Source: Atractiella rhizophila
Taxonomy: Eukaryota
DNA length: 58,977 nt
Reading direction: 5' to 3'
Assembly: GCA_021432655.1 (NCBI GenBank)
Contig: MU271436.1
Span: 7,209-66,185 of the forward strand
Shown piece by piece: positions 12,775 through 24,649 of this stretch. A program made the position numbers and the translations under genes. Numbering within the stretch: position 1 is the first letter of the stretch; each line of letters opens with the position of its first letter. The notes below the pieces were generated by a model. That model was not told where the DNA came from. It did no database searches and saw nothing but the letters and a program-made list of their open reading frames with translations.

Positions 12775-14337
12775 ATGGCATCAACTTCGGCTCCAACTCC
12801 AGAAGAGCAAGTTGTCCTTGCTTCCCAACTCGCAGCTTTCGAAGAAGTCCTTTCGAATTCACGTGCATATTTAACTGGTTCGTCTTCGTACATCTCCTCT
12901 CACTCTGAAGCATGCTCAGGTTGAAGACGTTGCAATGTTTAGCCTGCTTCGCCATCTATGGATGGGACTTCGTCATCACTTTTCCGCAGGAATACAAAAC
13001 GATGTGGAAAGCGGAGCGGTGGACTCCCGTTCGAGTGGTCTTCTTCATCAACCGGTGCGGTCTCCTTCCCTGGTTGCGTTCTTTGAAAAAGAAGACTAAG
13101 TGGACGTGAAAGATATTGGGGTCTCTCCACCCTCCTCGTTTTGATGGCTTTCTTCTGGCTCGAAATTGACGCCAAAGTCTGCAACAAGATCCACCTTCTC
13201 GAGCCAATCTTCACGCTCATCCTCTTCCGTAAGTCAATTGTTCCTCTTCTCTTTAAAGTGAAGGGGGAAAGGTTAATAGTAGTTTGGATAAATAGAGTCG
13301 TGCGAGTTCCTCCTGGGAGTGAGAGTGCGGGCAATGTGGAATCGGAAGAGGTGGATTATGTGGTTCTTAGGTAGCTTTCAAGTCATCTGTGCAACCGTTC
13401 AGGTCATCGCCATTATACCTAACAAAAGATTGCCCGTGTCCGTCTCTCCTCCTTCCCGTACCGCCACTTTAGTTGCTCATTTGGACCTGAGTTAGGCCGC
13501 CGGGATTGAGGGGATGCATATCTGTCGGTGGCGTAGAGTGAGTACATCACTCTGTACGGCTCGAATTGCTTGATTTTGATGATATTTCAGTTACGTTTGG
13601 ATCTACTGGTAAGTCTTCGTCTTCCCCCAATGACTCGATACTCAATCCGGAACCCGTCAGGATGATGCCCCTACTCTACGATACCACCGCCTTGGTATTG
13701 ATGCTCATACCGCTCATCGAGCACTGGCGCATATCTGGTGGAACGCCTCTACTTAAAATCTTCCTTCGAGATGGGATCGCCTACTTTTTTATCGTTTTTA
13801 TTTGTAACCTGGTTAATGTTATTTATTTTCGGTCTGTCCCTCTTGCCAATGTTGCAGCATGAAGAATTCTGACGGGATGAGAACAGTATTCCTAACGTGA
13901 CTAATCATTGTTTCAACGCCCCTCTTGCTGTTGCTTTCACCACCATGATGGCCTCCCGCATCGTGCTCAACGTGCGCCAAATGGGCGCAGCAACAGGACT
14001 TGCGAACAAAATGGTGAAGACACCGTCGACAGCTTTTACTCGATCTCGTGACAACCTGAGGTCTGGTGCAGAGCCAATCGTCCACCTTCACTGCACGGAT
14101 ATGGGACAGCAGCTAACAGGAGGCGACTTAGAAAAAGGGACGGGTTATGGTGCTCATCAATCGGGCGATGGAGTGATGGTCAACGTTGAGAGGATGATGA
14201 GCATTGACAAAATGAACGATGGGTGAGTGGATGTTCCTTTTTTTTTGAATGTGGATCCGCCTAACATCGATTGACGGATGATTCCATGCATGGACAGTTC
14301 AACTTATGATGCCGAGAGTAGAAATGGTCACCATTGA
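12775..14337 (+). CDS. DUF6533-type multi-pass membrane protein, copy 1
   Basis: YGWDFVITFPQEYKTMWK...VFFINRYWG, LFLRDGIxYF-type motif, TMMASRIVLNVR; 18-nt microexon at 13591-13608; terminal exon GSTYDAESRNGHH*. Confidence 0.85.
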
Positions 14338-14545
14338 TTTCATTCGTTGTTTGAACACCGTTTGCAGGTTGAAAGGCGAGTACATTGATAGTCATGATCA
14401 TAGCCCCTTTAATCATTTTTCATTACCCTTGTTCAGTGACCTGGTTTGTCAATGATTCCTTGTTCATCATTCTAACCGTTATCTCATTACTTCTTATGTC
14501 ATATCACGCCGTACGATGAAAATGCGAGCTTCAGAAAAAAACCGT

Positions 14546-14647
14546 AAAAAAACAAGAGGCGTCTTGATACCCGCAGTCCACATTCGTCAACGGGTGCGAC
14601 TTGTAATCGCCAGCGTTGTGACTCCCCTGGCTCCTCACGCCTCCTCC
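14546..14647 (-). ncRNA. Candidate Pol III-type small structured RNA, unassigned
   Basis: TATAAATTATA at 14678-14668; terminal stem GAGGCGT/ACGCCTC; inner helices GTC/GAC, AACG/CGTT, GCGAT/GTCGC; two T7 tracts immediately downstream. Confidence 0.4.
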
Positions 14648-15153
14648 AGTTACAGGATCACTGCTTCTATAATTTATAGACACGCACTCGCCATCTTGCA
14701 GTCTTACCAGAGGTGAATGCCGAAGCTGAGAGCTGCGAACTTTCGTCTGTACCAGTGATGCTTGTAATAGAGCAGGGAGACGGTATTCTCTCTTGTAGCC
14801 AAACTTACACTGTGAATAAATGAAACAAAGGACGCCTGCTTCTGCGTTGAGGCAAGCTTGAGGAAGAGAATAATATTGCTTCAGTGCAAACATTACGGAA
14901 AGTATCATGTCATGTTAACGCGTCAAATGAAGGCATGGGGAAGACGGAGATTAGAAATTAAATACTGTTGAATGCCGCAATTGGAATCATCGGTAGCCTG
15001 TTATCGTGGGAGAAGTCCACGCAAAGTATTTATCACGAGGACCCAGGAAGCTCAGCTAAGGTTTCATATTCCCCTTACAACACGCTTTCAACTGATAGAA
15101 ACGGCAGGAAACACCAATGACCGAAAGGACAACCTGTTGATAAGGATGGTTGG

Positions 15154-16958
15154 CTACTTGAAGTTACTCAGCCATCGATCCACCAACAAGCCCTCTCCTT
15201 TGAGCTTCCTAACAAAAAATGTCTTGCAAAACGGTCAGTACCAATCGAAACTGCCAAGGAGGGAGATGAAAGCGTACTGGCATTGTGAAGCCAAACAAGA
15301 AACCGCTTCCGTGCTTCGTCCCTATTGGTACTACCGATAGGGGAGCTGACGGCTTATATCCACCTGTTAGAGGCTGATTCTTAATTGAAGCAAGAACTAT
15401 CAGTAGGTTGCTCATTAGCTCTTCTTAGATAAAGTTGAGAGAAGAGGGACCTACTGTTTTTGCCGACGACTGCACCATCACAGAACAACGCTCAACCTTT
15501 CCTTCCGTGTAAACAGAATGACGACTCACAAGGGGCCTGCTTCATGATTGCACCCGCATTCTAGTAGGAAATCACATCTTCAGCTTCGTCACAAAAGATG
15601 AAGAAGACAAAGTAGAACGAACCTTCATCTCCCCTTCCACCCCAGCGGCATCACCGACGACAAATATCCTCCAACCATTTGGTGTATCGAGCTGAAGCGT
15701 ATCTCTGACCAGGGCACCCTTCCCTGGCAGCATCGAATTTTCGTCCAGACTAGAAACGAGAGATTTGAAAACACGCGTTCCCGTTGCAACAAAGATGAAG
15801 TCGGCTGCCAAAAGGGTGTAATTAAGCAGACGTTGCATCGAAAGTGAGATATCGGTAACAAACCTGTCACTTCTACACCTTTGGAGGACACAAACTTGGT
15901 CCGCGGCAAGCCACCGGTCACAAATCCGTCGACGTTGATCCTATCTTCAGTGATGACGCGTACACCAACTTCTCTGAGGTGGGTGAGGAGGGTGGATGTA
16001 AATTTGGTCTGCGTTGGGAAGGCGTGGGCGAGTGGCGCGGCTTCTTTCATGACCAGAGTAACCTTCTTGTTAGGGTACTATTCACCAATAACATCAAGAT
16101 TTAAGCTTTCAGAGTCCATGGAACCGCAAACGGAGAAATTTACCTTTTCCTTGATCTCCCCGGCTCCTTCCACTCCAACCTATATTTGACTTATCGAACG
16201 GTGCAAGGGAAATAGGATAGAAGACGCACCGGCCCTCCTCCAACTATCAATACTTCTTCTGCAGCCTCATACTCCCTCTGCAGCTTCCTCAATGCTTCTT
16301 TGCCCTCCTCAGGCGTGATCGCCTCGTCTGGCAAACGGCAGGGAGTGGCATATTGCGAGCCCTGTGTTCACAATACATCAATTTCTTGGTCAACATGATT
16401 GGAGGACATGACATACGGTGCACACAACACAATATTCGAAGGGCAGCACAGTTTCGATACCAAAATCTGGATGCGCCGTGGAAAGGATAACATGATCCTT
16501 CGCGAGACGCTCGACAGATGTAGAGGGAAGGAGTAGGTGCGGAGACGGAAGAAAAGAGCTGGACCCTGTCGGTAAGGGAAAGATGGCCTTTTCTTCCCAA
16601 CCTTTTTGCTAAGCGATTTCAAGGTTCAGCGCATGAGAAAGCAGGAAGAGAGCTGGAGACCAACCACTGCTGCGCGAAGCGAAGGGATCGGGTAGAAAGC
16701 GTATCCGTGCTTCTCCAGCACCACAATTCGATACTCAGGGGGCAGTTTGCGTGCGAGGAGGTCTTTGACGACTCCCATACCAGCTGGTCCATATCCCACG
16801 ATGACAATGTTCTTTTTAGGTTGTTGTTGGACAGTCATGTTGCCTTTTGAGTCGGATGATGCAGAGTAGAAGTAGGTCAGGGTGACAATGAGAGCTGTTG
16901 CTGCAACGACTGAAGTCGAAAGAGGAATACGAAGCGTGAACTCCTTGAGGACATCCAT
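15154..16958 (-). CDS. AIF/AMID(FSP1)-like FAD-dependent NADH oxidoreductase with N-terminal membrane anchor
   Basis: NIVIVGYGPAG and ILIVGGGP|VGVEGAGEI Rossmann motifs, FIFVATG, IFVVGDAA; C-terminal KGEGLLVDRWLSNFK*. Confidence 0.88.
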
Positions 16959-17779
16959 CTCTCGCCTTTATATCATCGTGGTCGGACGCAAGAAGAGCAG
17001 CCGTAAGTATCCACTCAGTTCAAGGCGAGAGAGTGGGATTACCTACATCAGCCGGAACGAGCTTCCGTCTTTGACTAACTCACATCGTCCATATCTTCAA
17101 ATCTTCACATAAGCCATGAGTACTAACTTGAAGGATACGCGTACTTGATGAGAGAGGTGAATAAGCCGACGGCGCCGCATTGGCTTGGAGCGCATCTATT
17201 TGACGGCTTCCTCGGCAAAATAGTGGGCGGGAGACACAATCTGATGGATGAAGTCTGAGTAGGAGAGTGTCTCTGAACAGTCAATATGAACGGAGAGCGG
17301 TAACATGGGGCGAGAGACGCGCCATCCGAGTTTTCGATTCGAGTGCAGAATGTGGAACCGCTTCTTGCGCTCTAACTGATGTGTACTCTCCGAGTTGTTA
17401 ATACGCAACACGGTCCATGGCCTAGGCGAACCTTTGATTATGCACACAAAGCAACGAAGGGCACGGAGTTCCCAAGCCTCGGAAAGAAAGGCAATTGCAG
17501 TCTCACATTGCTCCTGGGTAGATCCTTGGTCATGAGCATATCTGGCGCAGACAAGACGCGGCATATTGCTGAACCGCTGAAGCCTTTATGCATGTATCAA
17601 CACGTTTGGCACGGTTGCTGCCAACCTGAGAGCGCCAGAGGCCGTTCTTGTGCATATTTGAAATGTACAATCAATAAATAAAGTTTCACGGGCTTTTGTT
17701 TTTGTGCTGATCACAAATTAAGGCTCTTTCGTTTCTGCCTCCTCTCGGAAATTAGTTACTGTAGGTATTAGGGCGGACC

Positions 17780-18775
17780 ATGGGACGAGTTATTAGGTGT
17801 GTACATCAGAGCTCTTTTAGCAAGAGGGCTGTGGCATTGAAGCGGTGCCGGTTGGTGTGAAGGAATCAACGAAAATCAGGTGGAATCTTCAAGGCCCACC
17901 AGAAGCATCGAGTGGGAGCTGCAAAGCTTAGGCCACTCGACTTTGCTGAGAAGAATGGGTATATTCGCGGGTTGGTGAAGGAGATAGTCCACGATCCCGG
18001 ACGGTGCGTTTCTGCTCAACATTAGGGAAATTGCATTGATGATTGGGATGATACAGAGGAGCACCACTCGCAAAAGTCGTCTTCCGTGATCCTTACCGCT
18101 ACAAACTTCGCACGCAACTCTTCATCGCCGTGGAGGGCATCAGCACCGGCTCCTTCGTGTACTGCGGACGCAAAGCCACACTCAATGTCGGAAACGTCCT
18201 CCCTCTCTCCATCATGCCTGAAGGAACCATCGTTTGCAATGTTGAGGAGAAGGTTGGAGACCGTGGGGCTCTTGCTCGTACTTCCGGGAACTACGCCACT
18301 GTCATTGGACACGGAGACGATGGCAAGACTCGTATCCGTCTCCCCTCTGGAGCTAAGAAGACCGTCTCTTCAAGCGGACGTGCTACCGTCGGTATCGTTG
18401 CTGGTGGTGGAAGGCCAGATAAGCCCCTTCTCAAGGCTGGAAGGGCATACCACAAGTACAGGGTGAAGAGGAACTGCTGGCCTAAGACTAGAGGTGTGGC
18501 TATGAACCCTGTCGACCATCCTCATGGTGGTGGTAACCATCAGGTCAGCATCTCTTATCCTTAATTTTGCGTAGCTCATGGACCTTTTGTGGAATAGCAC
18601 ATCGGTCACGCTTCCACTATCGCTCGCGACGCCTCAGCAGGTCAAAAAGCAGGTCTCATTGCTGGTGGGTCTCTTTCCTCCGTTTAGTCCCTCCTCTGTT
18701 CGATGCTGATAGTTGGCTTCGTGTGCAGCCCGCAGAACCGGTCTTATCCGTGGTACAGTCACGAAGGAGAAGTAA
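17780..18775 (+). CDS. RPL2: 60S ribosomal protein uL2 (L2/L8)
   Basis: MGRVIR|NQRK...[32 protein letters not shown]...[28 protein letters not shown]...RTGLIRG. Confidence 0.97.
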
Positions 18776-19077
18776 GCTGTTCATGGTCTGTATTTCGATG
18801 CGAGCGGTATGGCAGATATGGGAGTTATGCAACACTTTATGCAATCATGTTTTTTCTTCCATCCCCAATTGCTTAAGAGGCCTATGAACTCATCGCAACG
18901 TTACATAAGCTTGACGTTTTGAGAACAGCGAGGAAACATATGCTCCATCTCCTTCCATCTCACATACTAGTACATGTGGCTATCGTCCTCAGCGCCATTG
19001 GCTTGAGACAGGAAATATTCCGTTTGGAGAGGAAGGAGATGTTGCCATTGCATCGTGCTTGACATCACTTTGAGTCT

Positions 19078-20983
19078 TCATCGCATCGGTTGGGATTGTT
19101 CCCCTGAACGCCTTGGTCGGACTCTCATTTTCTCAAAAAGGGCAAGCAAAGCCTGGGTCATGTCCCCCTCATCCGTCTCCATCTTGACTTCCCCATCCTT
19201 AAACCGGGCTATCCGGGCCACTTCCTGCATCGCCTTCTTCCCTTCGGCATAACCCATCACATCGTTGGCGATTCGACGCAAATCTGCGTTCGCATACACC
19301 CTCCATTTCGATTTCTCTTCTTCTCCAATTGGCCCACGTGAGATTGCCTGCTGTACTTCCTCATTCGTTGTCCGCCAGATCGCAACCCTTAAGACCATTC
19401 CCTCTCGGTGAGTGATCATAATGGTAAGAGCATACTGAAGAATGTAAAAGAAGGAGACATACCATCCTGAGGGATCGTCTGGGTGCGGTCGTTCCAGTCT
19501 CGCAACTTCGATTCCTCTCCAATCTGGATCTTTGAGGTAAGGAAACTGATTCCTGATCCTGTTCTTCATATGGAAATAGGACGCTTGGGAGTGGAAGGTG
19601 TCGGATGGAAGATTATGAATTTTGAGCTGTGTGGTGAAGGGATCATCGATCGGCCAACGGGTGGCGTCAATCAGTAGTTGGAAAGGGCTCTGGTCAGAAG
19701 AAGCGGAGTTGAAGAACCGAAAGGCGGCTTTGAAGCGGTCATAGTTTTGCCATTTAAGCGCTATGCGCTTTTGCTTCAAATGATAATTAACTGACCTGTA
19801 AGAAGGAGATGAAGCGGTCATAGTTTTGCCATTTAAGCGCTATGCGCTTTTGCTTCAAATGATAATTAACTGACCTGTAAGAAGGAGAAAGAGCATCAGC
19901 ACGTAGAAGTGGAAGTTTCGTAGTCAATCCATCAGCGCTGGAGCAGGTAGAAATGCAGAATCTCTGCTCATGGAAGGAAGTACACATATGGGGGCTCATT
20001 TTCTATGTGCGAATGAACTGTAAAAGCTGAGGGGTAAGGTGGTCAAATATTGTGTTTTAAACATCTACCTTGACCAGAATGGAAAGGAAAACAAAAATAT
20101 TTGCTCATGCACCGTGATTCACCATACGACTGAGGATCCGCCAGTCCTTTACTCATTTGCATCTACGCAAACTACGGCGACAATCCCATGGTGCAGTATC
20201 GATGACGGTTACCTTCTAACGGGTTCAGGGGAAAAAAGCTACAACAGATGATCAAATACGCAACTTCTAACATGGTTGACAAGGAGAGCACTCAGCGTTG
20301 GCGCATCTCTGGATGAAACAAAAAATAACCTATGGATGATATCTCCTCTCTGCCTCTGGATCCAGCATGACGTTCCACACAGGATGTGACCAAGATAGTA
20401 GGCATATACATGAGGCAATATGAGATGTTTGCAGAGGATGAAAGAAATATTCCGTGAAGGTGTAGAGCAGTGCGAGGAAACAAAGAAAACCCAAGAGGAA
20501 AATAAAACATCCCCAGCCCACACTTTGGTTTCCTCGATTGATAAGGAAGCATCATTTTGCACTAATGACGTTCCAAATGTGAGTGAAGCAGAAATTAATG
20601 TTCTTTTCTCAGCAATTGATGGAGAATCTTCAGCTGAAGTTTTCACGCATATCCATAGTAGCAATAACTCACCGAACAACAAACGCTTCAGCCCAGTTCT
20701 TCAGTCCATTAGCTGGATACCAAAAATTGGAAATGAACCATCTGTGATAGGCGGTATCTTTAGGTATCGTTGCGGGGTCTCTAGGTACGATAAAAGTCCA
20801 AAATCCCCTGTCATACAATATATCAGGTTTATCGTAGGCTGCAGCAGCAGAAGCGCCGGTCGGAGTGAGGGGAATCGTGCGGGAAGTACTGGGAGCTGAG
20901 GAGGGGGACACGAAGGTTCGTTGACTCCGTTGTGGAAAAGGAAGGTGAACACAAGGGAGGGACAGGGAGGGACGTGGCTTCAT
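19078..20983 (-). CDS. Family X copy 3, uncharacterised protein; intron-1 acceptor tandemly duplicated
   Basis: Exons 20983-20673, 19795-19463, 19387-19078; MKPRPS start as in copy 2; YDRGFWTFIVP, WFISNFWYPANGLKNWA, RIALKWQNY, LKIHNLP, MKNRIRNQFPYL. Confidence 0.78.
19731..19888. repeat. Perfect 79-bp tandem duplication spanning a 3' splice site
   Basis: 19731-19809 is identical to 19810-19888. Confidence 0.97.
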
Positions 20984-21687
20984 GTTATATAAAGGTAAAG
21001 TCGTCGTGGCAAACAAAACATCCCCGACCGCCGGACATTGACAGGGCTGGTTCGAAAATGTTTTGTTTTTTGTTATCGGTAACAGCGTGGCGTATACGAG
21101 CTCATGCTTGGGATTGCAGGACTCAGATGTTAATAGGATTAATTGGATAGTATGCAGCATGCAATTAAGGTGTCGTGTCGTCGACTGCTCTCTTTGAGTA
21201 CTTGGAAACATTACTACCAACTTTTCATGTTTCATAAAAGTTAGCAACGTTGCAGCCCTCGTGCTGTGAGTGCTATATGGGATGTCGATCACATGGCATA
21301 TACTGGCTTTTGACGTTCCACTCTGACGAGTGCTCAAGGGTTTGATAAAGTCGACAAATGGATCCATCATGACCTGCATGATACTCCTCAAACTTCTTGT
21401 TGACATCTTGCGACATGATTTACACTAAGGCCTAACGGTTTTAACAAGGTTGTTCAACAACGCTACAGACGCTACTATAACCCTTCGATTCCTCTTACCG
21501 GAACTTGTCGGTAGTCTCCGCTGAGCTACGGAAAAGATAGCACAACAGGCCAGGAGTAAGAGCCCTGACATGATGACATATGAGCTACCGGAAGAGAGTA
21601 GGCATGAAGTCATGACAATAAACGACCATCAGTCGCTCGCGGTTCGAAGTTCAACCAGCTCAGGTTTAGAGTATAATGCAGAACGAC

Positions 21688-22904
21688 ATGGCGATTCACA
21701 CTCCTCTTACTACATTGTTAGGTCTGTCTCTTTTCCGGTACAGCATAGCTGAAGTGACCGATGTGAGTTTGCAGGTATCAAGACACCTCTCGTCTCTGCT
21801 GCTATGGTGTACGCTGCTGGCGGTGAGCTTGCTGCTCAGGTATCGCTCTCAGGTGGCTTTGGATTCATTGGAGGTCTGTGTCATCTCAACCGTTATTGAT
21901 TGCGGACTGATGAAAGTCTTCTTATCCAGTGCGAAGCATTGAGACACTCTCCTTGGAACTCTCTATAGCACGCTCGCAATTCCCAGAATCAAACGTCCTG
22001 CCAATTGGAGTTGGAATTCTGGCCTGGATCCTCGAGTCTATGCCTGCTGATGAAGCCGAGGAGATGGTTCAGAGATCTGCTAGGGAATGTAAAGCCGTCT
22101 GGTTCAGCTTTGGAGCGCAAATTGGTAGATGGATTGAGATCGCGAGGAAGGCGAGAGCAGACGTTTTGGTCTTCGTTCAAATTAACTCTGTGGAAGAAGC
22201 GATTACGGCAGTAGAGGAATGGAAAGTGGATGTGCTCATTGCTCAAGGTGAGTCCTCCACACCTTTCCTTGCCACATTTCATGTCAAACCTTTTCAAACT
22301 GTTACTACAGGTATAGAAGCAGGCGGCCACGGATCAGGTTCAGCTCCACCTCTTCTCAATCTCATACCCTCCATCCTCTCATCTCTCACACAAGAAAGAT
22401 GTCCCCTGCTCGCTGCTGGCGGTCTCGTTGGCGGCGCACATCTCGCTTCCTTGTTGGCATTGGGAGCAGACGGGATAGTCCTGGGAACACGGTTCAGTCT
22501 TGCGTCCGAATCGCTCTTGTCTCCAGGTGCCAAGCGTGCACTCATAGCTGCCGACCATGGAGTACGCTGAGGACGCTGAAGTTCGATATTGCGCGCGGAA
22601 CGATGGGATGGCCGGAAGGAATTGACGGAAGAGGATTGAAGAATAAGATGATCGATGAATGGGATGATGTGGGAGAGGAGGAAGTGAAACGACGACTGGA
22701 GAAGGGGAACAGGGAGGATGATAGTGCTTGGAAAGTTATCTGGGCTGGAACTGGAGTTGGAAATATGGATCGGATTCTGCCTGCTGCAGTCAGTGGCCTT
22801 TTCACCTGTCATGGAAGAGACTGAAAGTGGTTCAGGACATTGTTAAGGAGGTGCATGACGAGGCGATGAATCGATTGCGAGCGATACAGCAGATCCGTTT
22901 GTGA
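21688..22904 (+). CDS. Nitronate monooxygenase (2-nitropropane dioxygenase family); apparent 1-nt frameshift near 22560
   Basis: IHTPLTTLLGIKTPLVSAAM, VDVLIAQG|IEAGGHG, LLAAGGLVGG, LALGADGIVLGTRF, IWAGTGVG. The frame shifts at GACCATGG^AGTACG. Confidence 0.85.
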
Positions 22905-23112
22905 GCTGAAGGCACATAGTCATGTAGTCACATGACCTTAATGTATTGGGTATTGGATGGTCTCACGATGAATAAATGATTAACAAGGAATCTTTTCACA
23001 AATCAGGGCACTGAACCGAGGTAATTAACAAACGCAGGATCAAGATCCCAACTATCAAGGCAATCGCCCTGCAACCCCGCAAACGTCGTTCAAACAACAG
23101 GTGAAAGAATCG

Positions 23113-24649
23113 TCAATAGTGACCATTTCTACTCTCGCCATCATAAGTTGAGCTGTCCATCCATCAAATCATCCGTCAATCGTTTTCATGCGGGTCCACA
23201 TTCAAGAATGAAGTATCAACTGACCCATCTTTCATCTTGTCAATGCTCATCATCCGTTCAACATTGACCATCACTCCATCGCCCGATTGATGAGAGCCAT
23301 AACCCATTCCTTTCTCTAAGTCGCCAGCTGATGGCTGCCTTCCCATCCCCATACTATGTAGGTGGACGGTTGGCTCCGCGGACCTCAAGTTGTTACCAGA
23401 TCGAGTAAAAACCTTCGATGGGATCTTAGCACCTGCTGAGCTAGTGTTCGCACTTCCCGTGGCCGCACCCGGTTGGCGCAGGTTGAGGACGATGCGGGAA
23501 GCCATCATGGTGGTGAAAGCGACAGCGAGTGGCGCATTGAGAGCGTTATTAGTCACGTTAGGAATACTGTTTTCATACCATCAGAATTCTTCATACGGCG
23601 GCATTGGAAAGAGAACCGACTTGAAATAAATCACGTTAGCAAGATTGCACACGAATACTACCGCAAAATACACGATACCGTCTCTAAGAAATAGTTTAAG
23701 GAGAGGAGTTCCTCCGGACGTGCGCCAATGAGTGATGAGGGGTATGAGGGTTAATACTAAGGCGGCCGTGTCATAGAGCAGAGGCATAAGCCTAACGTGT
23801 TCAGATTGAGCGGAATCGTGTCATTGCGAGTGGAATACTCGCCAGTATATCCAGACGTAACTGCAGAGTCATCAATATCGACCAGTTCAATCAGATGTGA
23901 TGTACTCACTTTACTCCACCGTTGGATATGCATCCCCTCAATCCCGGCGGCCTAATTAGACATCAACGACCTAACCCTGGACGGAATACCAGAGAAGACG
24001 GACACGGGCAACCTCTTATTTGGTATGATGGCGATTATCTCGACAGTCGCACAGATTACTTGGAAGATACCGAAGAACCAAATGATCCATGTCTTCCGAT
24101 TCCACATTGCCCACACTCTGGCTCCAAGGAGAAACTCGCACGACTCTATTTATGCAGCCTCCCGTTAGCCTTCTTGCTTCTTGTCTGAAGATAAAAGATG
24201 AGAAATGGCTTGACATACGGAAGAGGATGAGGGTGAAGATGGGCTCGAGAAGGTGGATCTTGTTGCAGACTTTGGCGTCAATTTCGAGCCAGAAGAAAGT
24301 CATCAAAACGAGTAGCGTAAAGAGGCCCCAATATCTATCTTGCTTACTTAGTCCTCTTGAACACGTAACTTGAGCAGACCGCACCGATTGATGAAAAAAA
24401 CCACTCTGACGGGTGTCCAGCGCTCCGCCTTCCACATCGTTCTGTATTCTTGCGGGAAGGTGATGACAAAATCCCACCCATAGATAGCGAAGCAGGCTAT
24501 GTCACCATATCAGAGATTGTCGCATCCTTCCGAACCAAAGACGAACCAGTTAAATAGACCCGTGTAGTCGAAAGGACCTCTTCAAAAGCTGCGAGTTGGG
24601 CAGCGAGAGCAACCTGCTGTTCTGGGGTTGGGGCTGATGCTGAAGCCAT
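23113..24649 (-). CDS. DUF6533-type multi-pass membrane protein, copy 2
   Basis: Same exon structure as copy 1 and high similarity; MASASAPTPEQQV start; terminal exon GSTYDGESRNGHY*; GC donor after the microexon at 23842. Confidence 0.85.

Noticed and set aside
14221..14226. Apparent premature stop in DUF6533 copy 1
   Set aside because: The TGA lies in a GTGAGT donor, and a conserved terminal exon follows in all three copies.
14596..14610. GCGA-CTTGTAA-TCGC looks like a tRNA-Thr(TGT) anticodon arm
   Set aside because: No T arm (GTTCRA) or D arm at the required spacing on either strand.
17146..17258. TGATGA...CTGA as a possible C/D snoRNA
   Set aside because: No recognisable rRNA-complementary guide or C'/D' boxes; such short motifs arise by chance.
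20250..20270. GATCAAATACG shared with the antisense of the CHO2 long intron (~36970)
   Set aside because: An 11-mer match between two ~0.9-kb regions is expected by chance and the flanks do not align.
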